Positions 25,585-38,400 of a stretch of 64,000 nucleotides of DNA are shown here, in pieces. Position numbers and translations under genes: made by a program. This DNA is from Podarcis filfolensis. Its lineage: Eukaryota. Numbering within the stretch: the first letter of the stretch is position 1; the number at the start of each line of letters is the position of its first letter. Below the pieces are notes generated by a model that was given only the letters and a program-made list of their open reading frames with translations, was not told the origin of the DNA and did not search any database. Location of the stretch: assembly GCA_964270895.1 (NCBI GenBank), contig OZ185441.1. One strand, given 5' to 3'.

Positions 25585-26942
25585 GTGTGCCATTTTCAGC
25601 ACAAACACGGTTGTGAATAGTTTGGTATATAAATAAATTGACTATGACTAAAATTAACAAGCATGTCTACAGAATTAGCACTGCCTGTGCAAATATGCAC
25701 AGTTGACTTCAGTTTCACACAATATAGCCTTGTTTTTATACTTAATTTTAGAAGTAAAGCACTTAATCAAGAACAGAGGAGGCTGCTTTGTGGATTTGCT
25801 TGAAGAATTGACTTTCTACAGTTAGCATCTGAAACCCTGTCATCTGCACACTACAGATACTTTTCTTGTAGTCTTATCCTCATTTGCCTGTAGACCAAAG
25901 ACACAGATAGAATAAGACAGAACTTATACGTGTGGCTTTAACACAGCAAATCAAATGGGGTGCAGGAAATGCCTTTCCTAACACCCAGCTGAGCTTGCAT
26001 AGGGGATAACCTTTTTCTATTCTGAGAGCTTCCTTTTTAAAAAGGGGGGGAGAAAAGCTTACCTCCTATTGATTTCAGTACGAAGGAGATAAACTGTACC
26101 AGCTGCAAGACTGGCATAGTCTATTCGCTGTACTGTGGGGAGGGGGAATCAGAAGACTAGGAAGGCTTTGGATCCTGCACATCCATGAATAACCTGGTAT
26201 GTTCCTTTTTTGTCCTATCTAACATCAGAGGAGTAATGGCAGAGGACTTTTCCACAGCCTCGCAGGGAAGGCTTGAAAGGTCGGGTCTCCTCTCCAAGGG
26301 TGAACATCTGCTTCTTGCTCTTTTTTTTCCAGAAAGTAAAAACTAAAATGTCCTATGGCTCCTGGGATGCCCTCCTAGAGATCATAGGACTGCAGCATTA
26401 GAAAGTATGTAGAAAGCATATACCTTCAAGTATGGAATAATCACTTTAATAGTATCCAGCTGCAATATAGAATATATTTAACAGGTGTTAGAGATAGTAA
26501 TTAAAAGTCCCAAAATCACCCAAAGGGTCAAGAAAAACATGAAAATATGAGATCTATATTCTTTATTCCACCCAAACTGCATTGCAGTCTTCCAGTCTTT
26601 ATATTTACATTATTTGCGACTCTTTCTGTAAGTGCCAGTACAAACGTAACTGATGATAATCCAAAACAGCTTCACAAATGTTTCCCAAAGCAGTGTGCAT
26701 TTTTTGAGCAGTTTGTTCTGATGTGCAATAATATATATACTATGTAGGCATATATATATATTACCAAAAGCTTCATAATATGAAATATTTTCCACAGAAA
26801 GTAAAACATCCCACCTGCAGCTTATTCAGATTTCAGTTACAGAGACTTCTGCTTTTCAAGTTAGTGCAAATAATGAAAGTAAGAGCCTGAGCAAAATGAT
26901 GTACAAACAATGAAACAAGAAACAGCAAACACACCAGCCAAC

Positions 26943-27223
26943 TCCCTGCATATAACATTTAATTAGTATATTATTAGTAGTCTTTATATACAACATATTT
27001 AAATAAATTGGCTTATTTGAGCTATAGGCAACATATTTACAAATACAAATAAAATACGTTCCTTTCACACGAATATGGAATGTCCGACATATATGAAAAT
27101 AAAATGCATCTAGTAACAAAACAATGCTGTAAATAAAAAAAGAGCAAGATGTCTTCTCTTTGTCTTGGGACAGATTTCAAGGCACTTTCTCGGCAAACCA
27201 GAGTTCAGGCTTAGCAGAAAAGT
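26943..27223 (-). other. ALKAL1: ALKAL1 exon 5, non-coding 3' UTR (predicted)
   Basis: Acceptor ctattttttgtttcAG ends at 27224. ATTAAA at 26958-26963 is followed by a GU-rich downstream element (GGTGTGTTTGCTGTTT). Exon 4 has a GTAAGT donor after the stop codon, which requires a further exon. Confidence 0.65.
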
Positions 27224-28215
27224 CTGAAACAAAAAATAGTTCACTTAGATTCCCAGCTATTGAATAATAATAGTTTCAGTAGAGAACAACGTATTTATAG
27301 GTTCTTGCTTACTAAAAAATGAAGAAAAAAAGCAAACTTTAATGACTACAGACTTTCACAGTGTAAATATGAAATGCTCAGTGGGCAACATAACTGCTGG
27401 TACCACCCCACCATTGGCACATTCAACTGAAGATACATAAGAGCCCTGACAAATTGGGGTTCTAGTTGTACAGAAAGTCTTTTGCACACAGAGTGGATAT
27501 GCACACAGATTCTGTTCCAAATAACTGCAGTTTAGCAGCAAAGTGGTGATCCTGTTCCATTTTTAAAACAAGAAATGCTGCATTTTTAATGTTGGCTTAT
27601 TTGCATACCTCAGAAATTAACAAATATTTCCTGCCATCTACAAAATAAAAAGTAAGTTGTAACTATCTCCACCATGGAGTCATGGTCTGATATTGTTGAT
27701 AACCTGTAGTGTAGCTTAAAAAGCTAGTTGTTTGGAAAACTGAAGCCATGTTTTACCTATTATATCAGTAGACTTCTCCATGGTCCTGAAATGGTGCAGA
27801 AGTAGCCCACCAGGGCCACGTCAACAAGCACTTGACAAAACTGGAAAACGGCAGGTAAGTCATCTCTTTAAGTTACATAAATATTTTTATAAATTCAAGT
27901 AGCCACATGGGAGACTGATCAGGCTTAAAATGGCGGGAGTGGAAAGGGAGCTTAACTTTTCCCACTCTTGCCATGGCACTGATGAAAATCACATTTCCAA
28001 AGCAGGGAGTTCCAGTGCCAGTGCCAACAGAGGCTTCCTCTTGATGAAAAAAGTTGTATGTCTGATTTTCTGTGATTTTCATTAAAACCACAGCGGGGAG
28101 AAGGCAAAACTCTTGTTACTGTTTGGCTTTTGAGAAAAGAATCTAATAGGAACAAACTGGTTATTAGATTATAAAGGTGTTTTAATTAAAAAAAAATACT
28201 TACATAACAGGCCTC

Positions 28216-28280
28216 CTATGGCTGTGTACACAGTGGACTCATTGCTAATCTTGTCAGCAATCTTGCACACCTTTTATAAT
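28216..28280 (-). CDS. ALKAL1: ALKAL1 coding exon 4 ([21 protein letters not shown]); exon extends to 28204
   Basis: Acceptor tttaaatAG at 28281-82. TAG at 28216-18. Donor GTAAGTA at 28197-28203. Confidence 0.95.
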
Positions 28281-30139
28281 CTATTTAAAACCACAAAAAT
28301 GAAGTTAACATTAATCATCATGTGTTTAATTTCCTAGAGTGTAAGTCCAGTTTCATTTGCCATCAGCTGCAAAATGTAGGTGTTTTAGGGAGTTTTTTAT
28401 ATGTCTCCCTAGAAGGGTTGCAATAAAAAAATCATTTAACAAGTAACATTCCTTGTAGGGCAGCCCAATACAAGTGGAAACAAAGGATTCATATATGTCC
28501 CCTAAGGAACAGAACGTTGATATGAACTATTGGTACTATTGGAAAGTTAAAAAGGAAGGAAGTAGTTTTCAACATACATTACATTCAGCGTGGCACTACA
28601 TTCAGCCATGGCACCAGGTGAAATATGCCACTGAAAGTTGACAGCACTCAAGGTTGATTTAGCATAGCTCTGAACACCAGTTCCTGGGAATCTCAAGTGG
28701 AAGAGTGCCACCACACTCACTACCCTACTTGTGGTCTTCCCAAAGGCCTCAAGTTTGCCAATGGAGAACAGAATGCTGGACTAGTCTAACCCAGCAAGGC
28801 TCTTCTTATGTTCTTAGTGGCAGTGGACACATGTGTATTCCATTCTCAAGAAAGACTGGGGGAAATGACTTGGTGTTAAGAACCTGCTCAACCCTGGCCT
28901 AAGACCAGACAGACAGGACAATGAAACATGGAAGTAGTTTTCAGCTGGAACTTACAGGCTGGTGTTGAACAATCCCGTGTGTTGTGATAGAGCCGGTGGA
29001 AATGCTTACTACATTCAGCTGAAAATGTAACTGGACCTGTTTGAGGATTAATCAAACACAACATTTTGATTGCATTTCTATTGCAAACTAAATTGCACAA
29101 ATAATAGTTAGTTAGTTAGTTCATATTTGCTTCGTCTAATATGTTTCAAACCTTTCACCAGATACTCTCCTTGTCAAATAAGGCAAGATAGTGGTTAATA
29201 GAAAAGGGACCTTTTCAGTGCTAGCCCTAGGGGTGTGGAATGTTCTGCTCAGAGAAGCTAACTTGGCACCTAAACTGTGGTCCTTTTGGCATCAAGTGAA
29301 GGTATTTCTCTTCCCCACTCCTGCCCCAGCCTTTCAATCTTTAAAAATGTTTAGTGTTTTTTAGATATTTTGGGCTACAGTTTTTCCTTAGCTTATTTTG
29401 TCTTTATTCTCCTACTATATTCAGCTTTTAGGTTTATTTATATGGTTTTAATTTCTATACTATAAACCACCCAGAGAACTTTGTTTCATGGGTGTGGGGG
29501 TGTGTGATAAAGAGATACAAATATTGTGATAAATAAATAAATGTTCACAGTACAATATTACTGGAGTTTCTGAAAAAAATTACATATAACCATATTAATG
29601 TAATTAAAGCTACTGGAATAATGAAAAAGAAGGCCAGTGATGGGTGATGGGCTACAACTATAAAGGCTACAAAATTTTATCACCAAGACTTTTCACCCTG
29701 GCTCCTCAACTCTATTGAGCCTTTTCCAATCTATTGGGGAAAAGGCATCTGAAGATACTTAGGGAAGTTAAAAGTTGGGAGTCACTTGCCAATGGAACAG
29801 CTAGCCTTTTAATGGGCCTTAAGATTCCATGCCCTAACCTGTGGTCCCACTACAACCTGTTGCGAAGCAAATAGGAAAACAGCAGCCCCAAAGGATGGAC
29901 CTAGTAATTTACAATATAGGCTTCCTTCATTGGGAGAGGAGATAAGACACTCCTTTATGTAGGCAACATCTGGCAAGAAATTAAACACAGAATTGCCTTC
30001 ACACAAAAAGTGTTCTTACCTGTGAAATGTTTGATGAACTTGTCCTTTAAGTTGGAATCTCTTGGAAATACTTCTGGGGAGGAAAAGATATTTCATTATC
30101 AATAATGTGTTAAACAAAAGTCTACATCAAAATATGTGC

Positions 30140-30187
<48 letters not shown>

Positions 30188-32361
30188 ACTGTTTTTCAAA
30201 AGCTGTGTTGTTTTCCACCCTAAACTCCTCCTTTAGGAGGTTGGATGAGATTAAAAAGCAACAACTAATCATCATCTGAGTATGACTTAGATATCACCAT
30301 ATGGGTTTATTAAATATAAACTATATTTGTCCATAAGCTGTTTCAAAACTAAAACTGATACAAAATAAAACCGAACAGCAGTATTTACATAGGCATGCCA
30401 TACAGAATATATATATATATATTAGTTACCATTTAAATACCACACTCAGTACAAAAACCTTTCTGCAGATGCAGGAGCTCTTCTGTATATACAGAGCTCC
30501 ACATATGTAAGGCATATTCTTTATGCCAGTGGAAGCATATATTCATTTGTGGGCATAAAGCTGACCCCTCCAATGAGTTTTTGCTGTAAATTGTCCATGA
30601 ATCAGAAGACCTAAAGAGTCTGAAACAATGTGAGATGTAGGAAGTCCCCCTTTACTGTGAAGGTCCATGAATGTTACAATACACTCACAGCAATGGTACC
30701 CCCACATGGGGAGAAAACTGGCGAGGAGCAGGCATTACCTATGTGCTGTACAGCATCCCAACACTTAAGAGTTGAGGGGAGCAGTATACAGCAAGAGTGG
30801 GAAGGCACCTGGTTGGGGGGGAAGAACACTCTTCCTTCAAGACTACTTCATTCCCTCGCTCCCTTTCAAGAAGCTGCCAGCTGTCCAATACATAATTATT
30901 TTAGCATTACATTTCTGATAAATGATAAAAACAAAAAGCACCACTAAAAAAGAGAAGTAGATATGAAATGTGTTCTCATTAGTTCTGGTAAGTTACCGGT
31001 ATGTTCAATCAAACAATTAATATGTAATTTGGTATTTATGGTGAATTATTATTATTATTATTTGCACAATATCCACACAGAGTCCCATCAAAGTTGTTAA
31101 CATGGATCTTTGATGTGCATAAATACCAACAAACTAAAATAACATTTAAGGAAGCATTTTGAAGAGTGACTAACCATTATATTTTTATTATCAGCCCTAC
31201 CCTCTCATGCAGAAGAAAAGCAGCATGTCATTTTTATACAAAACAGAGTAGTTCTAAAACTCGGTGTTCCGCAAATAAAAGCATCTACTCTTATTTGTGC
31301 AGGCTTTATGGACTTGCATCCTCACAGTTATAGGCAAAGTTGCATTATATAAGCAAGAGTTTCATCCCTTGCATAATCCCAGTTAATAATAATAAGTAAT
31401 CTTCTTTATCGGGGATTTCTTTTTTATTTCCAATGGGATCTTTCAACTTGTATGCCTAGTCTTCTTTAGATAATTAAGCATTATAGAATAAATCCTGCCC
31501 CTTAGTCCACGGCAGCAGTAGCTATGAAAAGCTGGAGGAGTGGCCATACTACTGATCTAATTCTCTGACGCTTTGGATATTGTTGTTCTTGTAGGCACCA
31601 GATGGGGCCCCAAGATTAGCTAGGTTCAGCGGCACAATGCCACACAAGACCTTCCGAGTGACCTTGCAGAAATGCAATTTGTTTTTCTGCTTTAATCCCA
31701 AAGCCACTGCCTTTGGAGTAAAACTTCCTGAGGAGAGATTATTTCATGGGAAATAGCTTGAGGATGGTCCCCTTTATAGTTTAATTTGTATCTTCAAAGG
31801 AAAGCTGCTTCTTTCTCTTAGTGCATGGTGAATACTTCTCTGAGAAGCAGTGGATCATCAAAGCAGACACATATCAGGTGATAAAGCCTAACTAGCTCTT
31901 TAAAATCTGCCCCCGTGGCCAGTTCACAAAGCGATGCTTACCACATAACTGAAGCTAATAAATCTAAGCATAATTACGACAAGATGCTACCACAATTAAG
32001 TCATCATGGATTTAGCGGAAGCAGACTTACGAAATGGTCACACTTGTCACCACAGTTCACATGATCAACTGAGAACCTTGCCAAGGTGAAACCAATAAAT
32101 ATTTCATAAGATAAGACCTTTGGGAAATGAAACCCATTTTAAATCACCATCTGTGATATACATGTTAAAGACTGATCTAATAGTGTTGAGTAAAGAAAAC
32201 ATTGCTATGGCACCTTAGAGAGACTAAGGATGCAATCCTCTACAGTCTTACTTTTGAGTAAACTGGAAGCTAATTGACTTGGTTAATTGACCTAATTGCA
32301 AAGGTTTTGGGCTATAACTGATTTATTGAGCCATGAGCTCTTTATGAGCAAATTCAAATAT

Positions 32362-32409
<48 letters not shown>

Positions 32410-35400
32410 CAAAGTGTAACAAGGTTGAGGTGATTTAATGGATATGGACAATATAAGAAAAAATATCAAGAAAACAGGATTGCAAACAATAACTCCAGTG
32501 CTAACATATTAAACATCAATACAATATATAAACTAAGTATTTGCTGAACATTAAGTAACCACTGAAACACTGGCAAGTTGAGACAGCTATCCCTTTCCAC
32601 CCTGCAAAGCCTCATCATTTCCACTGGAAATTTCAGAGGACTGAAGAATGGGGTGAGCTGCTTGTTGCATCTCTGATGTTGTGTGAAGCAGCAGCAATGC
32701 TTGTTCCATAACTCTGTTGTTCTGCCTCCTCTCAGTGGTAGCCCCCATCCATCCACCCTTACCCATTACTAGGATTCACCCTCACTCTGCAATCAGGGCA
32801 AGCCTTAGCTTACCGTTTTTGCTTCCCAATGTCCAGGACAACCCCTACCATTAGGCAGAGTGGGATGACCACCTCAGGTAGCTGATTTCAGGTTGTAAAT
32901 AACAATAACTATATTACTAAAGCTAGGAATATAGCTTTCTGCCATGGGTGGCAAAATAACTTAGCTGGTCTTGGCTACTTTGCACCTTGATCAAGATGGG
33001 GAGGGCAAGATGGAGAGGGCAGAGTTCCATCTGCTTCTACACCTCAAACAGCACAATGTCTCTGATCAGTCCTGCCAACCTCACTGAAAGTGCTAAAAAA
33101 GAGGAGGCTAGATAACTCAGCCTCTGATTCCTTCTGTTGAAGGAGATAATGATCTACATATGGCTTGAATTCCAGCAGCAGATTTTGACGCACAAATTAT
33201 GCTAGGCTTGAAAGCCATGACTAACGTAACAAAATATTTCCCTCCCATAAAAATCCAGAACGGCTGCAGGATCTGGTTGCTCTAACAGCTGCCTTAGATC
33301 CCCACAGTGAGTGTTAGGAGGCTTGCATTAGTGGAAAGACAGGAGATGAGTAAGGAATGGCCAGAAAGTCGCCATGAGACCTTGAACCCCACTCCACTCT
33401 CCTTTGGCTTGTCCTGTTCATACATTGAGGGGGCAATCCTATGCACAATAAGCTAGTGTAAAGTCGCACCAGATCCAAACCCCATTTATCAGTAGGGCTG
33501 CTGCTGCTGTTCTGGCTAAACCTGGCAGATAAAAAACAAGTCTTTTAAATAATGTTCTATGCTAGGGTGCCAGGTCACATACAGTAAATGAACTGAGTAG
33601 GCTTAGGATCTAGCCTAAAAGTCCTCCCTCAGTGGCCCCTTTTTGGAGGCCTACACTGGCCAAGGCGAGTGGGTTTTTGCCCTGCTGATCTTCTCTGAGC
33701 CAAATAAGAATTCAGTAACAGCAGGTACTCATCTCTCTTTGAGGCAAGTGTTGTTTTTGAGCCTGAGGATGACGAACTTTACCACCATCATTGCTACTAA
33801 CACTACCCACATATCATTAGTGGAACATAAGCAAATATCCACTGAGCCTTGTCTATGTTACATCCAGGGTATACATTATGGCATGGAGTAGCAAAGGGCT
33901 TCTGAGAGACCTGTTGCAAATTAGTGTTCTGAAAATCCTAAAAAATAAATACTACTTTGCATATATGGTCATTCAAAAGAGTGAAATTCCATAAAACATT
34001 TGAATTTACTGGAACTATGGTGAAGGAATTAGGTAAACCTGCTGGACTCATTTTTAGTCAATCTTAACTATTTCTTCCCTCAGGTCTTATGGCACTATAA
34101 TTTTGTCACTTTAAGAAAGAATCAGATTGTGTTGTTCGGTCTTCACCTTTAGTGCACATGCATAGATAATCAGTATGCTGAGCACTGATTTTACACAAAT
34201 GATTCTTCTACACAACTGAGTTGTCTGTAAATTGATCTGTGGAAATTAGTACATGCGTATGATAGGATAATTGGTGCCCACACATAAAATGTTAGCCGCT
34301 TTGAGACTCCTTCGGTTAGTGATAAAGCGGGATATCAAATCCAAACATCAAGCTAAAAGTAATAATAAAAACAGCTACAAAAGCAGGAAGAATAAAATTA
34401 AGAGATAATAAAATAATAATCATAGAAAACTTTAAAAAAGAAATGAATTTGTGGCATAAAATATATTCCATAGTGGAATACAAGGTTCATATTTGTACCA
34501 AACATAACCAAATAACCATGAATGTTGCCAAATAATGTGCTAACCATGAGATTTGGTTATATAAATCACAAACGGTGTCTATGCAAGCAAAGTTGGAGGG
34601 GTCCACATTACCCCTGGTGGCACGTATTTTATGAATCAGTTTTTCAGAAATTTCAATGAACATGACTTTTTTAAACCACAGATCCTTAGAATAACAAGAT
34701 GCATCCTTGAGAGATCACCAGATGAGCAACAACTTTGCAATGGAGACTTGTCAGAAGCCATAAGAAGCCACACCTTGTCAGAAGCCATAAGGCCACACCT
34801 TCGTTGCTTGCTTGCTTGCTTGCTTGCTTATTTGCATACTACTTAATCACAGTCATCTCTAACTGGTGTACAGAAGACTCAAATCAATGAAACTAAAAGT
34901 GAGTTAAAACAGCAAAATCAGAATTCAATTTTAAAAACCTGCTGAAACAGGTCTTCAGTGCCTATGACCCCTCAGTGGGAGTTCCGTAAGACTGGGCCTA
35001 CAATACTGAATACACGGGTACCAGTAGATACAAGCCATACATCTAAGCTGAGAGGGATCACTAACCGTGATGTACTCAGAGACCTCAGTGATCAAGCAGA
35101 GAAATAAGGGATGAAGGATCCCCTTTTCTCTCTTGAAAGATAGGAGAAATATTAAGGAAAATTGATACCTACCTATTAGGGTCTTCCAGTTTCCACAAAG
35201 GTACGCTAACATCCACAACTAAGGTACTCTGGAAGGCCTGTACCTCACTTGCGGCACTCAGTTTTTATCATCAGTGACACAAATAACAGGGGAACAGAGC
35301 TCACAATGGAAGTGCTGGTGTACGTGGGTGTCAGCATGGGACTAGGGAGAAGAAATTACATTTTGTAAGTAACAACATACTGCTGATTCTATGGAAATGT

Positions 35401-38400
35401 AATTTCTCTCCCTCAATGTACCTTGAAAACATAACTGGACCACTGAAAGCAACAGAGCAACAAGTAGGGTCCCTTTAAGATAGATATCAGACATTAGAAA
35501 TGGCAGTATCTATAAACCAGTGGGAGAACATTTCAACCTCCCAGGATATTCTGAAACTGACCATAAAGTGGTCATTCTGGAAAGAGAAACTTCAAAAAAA
35601 GAAAAGAACATGAAACAGCTGGATTATGGTTTATCAAGAAGTTCAATGCCATCTCTTGTGGGTTAAATAAAAACTATTAAGTTTTGTTACATCATGTGTC
35701 AATTAGCTTATCAGTGCCAGAATAGTAATTTTGCTAGCAGGCTGGATTCAAGATGCTTCTGAAGGGTATAGGTATAATCCAAACCATCAATCAAACAAAT
35801 TTAATACCAGTATGCAGACTCACATAGGCTTAAGGAGGCTTGAGGAATATCAAACAGAGGGCAGTCCTCATGCTACAATCTTAATTTCAAAATACAGCGA
35901 TCCTTATTATTTTCTGATACACCCAATAGTCAATACAAAAAACTTTGGAATTTCTACATATGCCACACACCACCACATTTTCAACGCATCAAATTTCATA
36001 CCACTTGAACTAAAAGTTCCAAAGTTCATGCTTATTTTATAAGTAAAACTCCAAAACTCATCTGTTCTCCATGAAAAACAGCCATCCATTATTTAACACA
36101 CTATGTGGTTAGTGTTCTATGACATGCACCATGGTTAAATTTCACAAACACTGAGGACCGACAACCACACAGTAAGCTGAATTTCTCACCAATACAGACG
36201 CACACCTGCTGTTCTTAAATTTAAGAAACCTGGAATGAACAGCACAAAGCTAATGAGCTGCATGTGCCCCCCTAAGGCAGTTGTGTATGTCTTGCACTAT
36301 CCTTGAGTTTCAGATCCTTCCCCTTAAAGTCATTGTATAACATTTGAAGCTGTATTTAAAAAAGAAAGGCGGGGAGGGAAAAAAGTGATGCCTGGCTGTC
36401 TGGAAAGCCTGAAACCAGAAGCCATATAAGTCAGTCTCAATGTTTATTTTCAAAGCTCAAAACTTCTCTAAACTATCATAACGATTTTGAATACTTTTCC
36501 TGAGAAAAGTAAAAGAGGAAACCTGTAGATGGGGAAAGGATAGAAAATGGGGGGAAATGTAGCTGAGGTAAAGCATTTCACAGGACTTATAGAGAGGAGT
36601 TAAGGAAAGAGGTAATGTATGGGAATAGTAAGGATGGTTGAAAGCAGTGAGCTGTGCTTTTTCAGAACACAAAAATTTGACAAACAGGTTTTGAAGGATG
36701 GGATGCCAAAATAATGATGGGGACTAGACAGCATTTATATATTGATATAAACTAAGGTGACAAATCTTTTCTAGTCCTAGTAGAAATATTTCCCATTATT
36801 CTTAAGCACAGTAAAACAGTAATGGAGTACACATTTTTCAGCCTGCAACAGTAAAAAATGATTAAAATGCAATATCTGCTTTCTTTGACACTTACTTTCA
36901 AAAATATTTCAATCAATTAATAAATCTTATTCTGAAATTTTAGCCTTTTATTGCTAAGCTTGAACAGCAGATGTGAATAAGACAGGGCTGGACCAAAATA
37001 TTTGATTTCCTGAGAAAGAGCGGGAAATAGTGCCTCCCATTCTAGTCAAGGTGAGGTGGAAGCCAGAGCCAGCCAAGTTATTTTGGTGCTGGATAAAGAA
37101 AGCCCCTCCCCTCCAATCCCTGGCTCAGCAGTAAAAATGCAGTAACTGATTGTTTGCTGCCCTTTCATGACACCCTAAGTCAGCTGCCTGCTCCAGGGTC
37201 CCCAAGTGACAATGCCAGAGAGGGTGGCAAAAGAGACACAGTGTTTTCCTGGGTATGGGGGGGCATTGGTGCCACTGGGTCAAGTTTCCATTAAACTTTG
37301 GCTCTTGTATTTATCTTGAACCCATTTAACAGAAACAAATCTGAAAAGCAATACAGTCATACATCTTCTTGCAAATGCTTCATGTTGTGTTTTTTCGGGT
37401 TAAGAACGCGGCAAACCCGGAAGTGTTTACTTCCAGGTTTTGCTGCGGGCACACACAGAGAAGCGTTCTGTGCGCTTTGCACATGTGCAGAAGCACTGCT
37501 CTGGTTACAGAATTTTCGGGGTGCGTAAGGCACCCCGGAACGAGTTGTGTCCACAACCAGAGGTACCACTGTAGTTACTGGTCACAAGTTAATATCCAGA
37601 AAATTTAATGCTATGTTTACATGCAGAAATCCATTATTACGAAAAGCTCACTATTTCTCAGGAGAAATATGATCCATCAATATAGGCAGCTGCCGGTTTA
37701 GTCCTTCAAGTACTTCTCTTTCATGAGTTCTTGTAATATGACTTACACTGGCAGGGTGTATTGTGGCCCAGATCCAACTAAGATTTACAAAGATCCCACA
37801 AAAAGAGTCTGACATCATTGCATTTCATAACAGTAAAATGTCATACAAGAACACCACCACTAAAGCAATTTATAGGGGGGAAAGATAATTAAAAAATTGT
37901 GGCAATAAAAGAGTTATTGGTTTAATTGTGGAACAAAAAAGATAGTTATTTTTTATTCATTGTAAAATTAAAAATGTTATTGTGCTTTGGCAGCAGTGCT
38001 GAACACGACACTTTACACAAGGGCAGACATTGACGCCGAAATCCAGCATCGCCTGAGCTCTGCGAGTGCAGCTTTCTCCCGACTGAAGTGCAGAGTATTT
38101 GAGGACCAGGACATTCGCAGGGAAACCAAAATGCTTGTTTACAAAGCTGTTGTACTACCAACCTTACTGCATGCTTGTGAAACATGGACCACTTATAAAT
38201 GCCATCTACAACTCCTCAAAAGATTCCATCAAGGGTGTCTACGAAAAATTTTACACATCACTTGGGAAGACAGACAAACTAATGCCAGTGTAGTGGAAGA
38301 AGCAAAGATCACCAGTGTCGAAGCAATCATTCTTCAACACCAACTCTGTTGAACTGGTAATGTTGTGTGGATACCTGATTATCAGCTTCCAAAGCAACTA

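Noticed and set aside
25325-25660. 111-aa ORF with poly-Ile
   Set aside because: It is the antisense translation of the (TTA)n tail of an L2 element.
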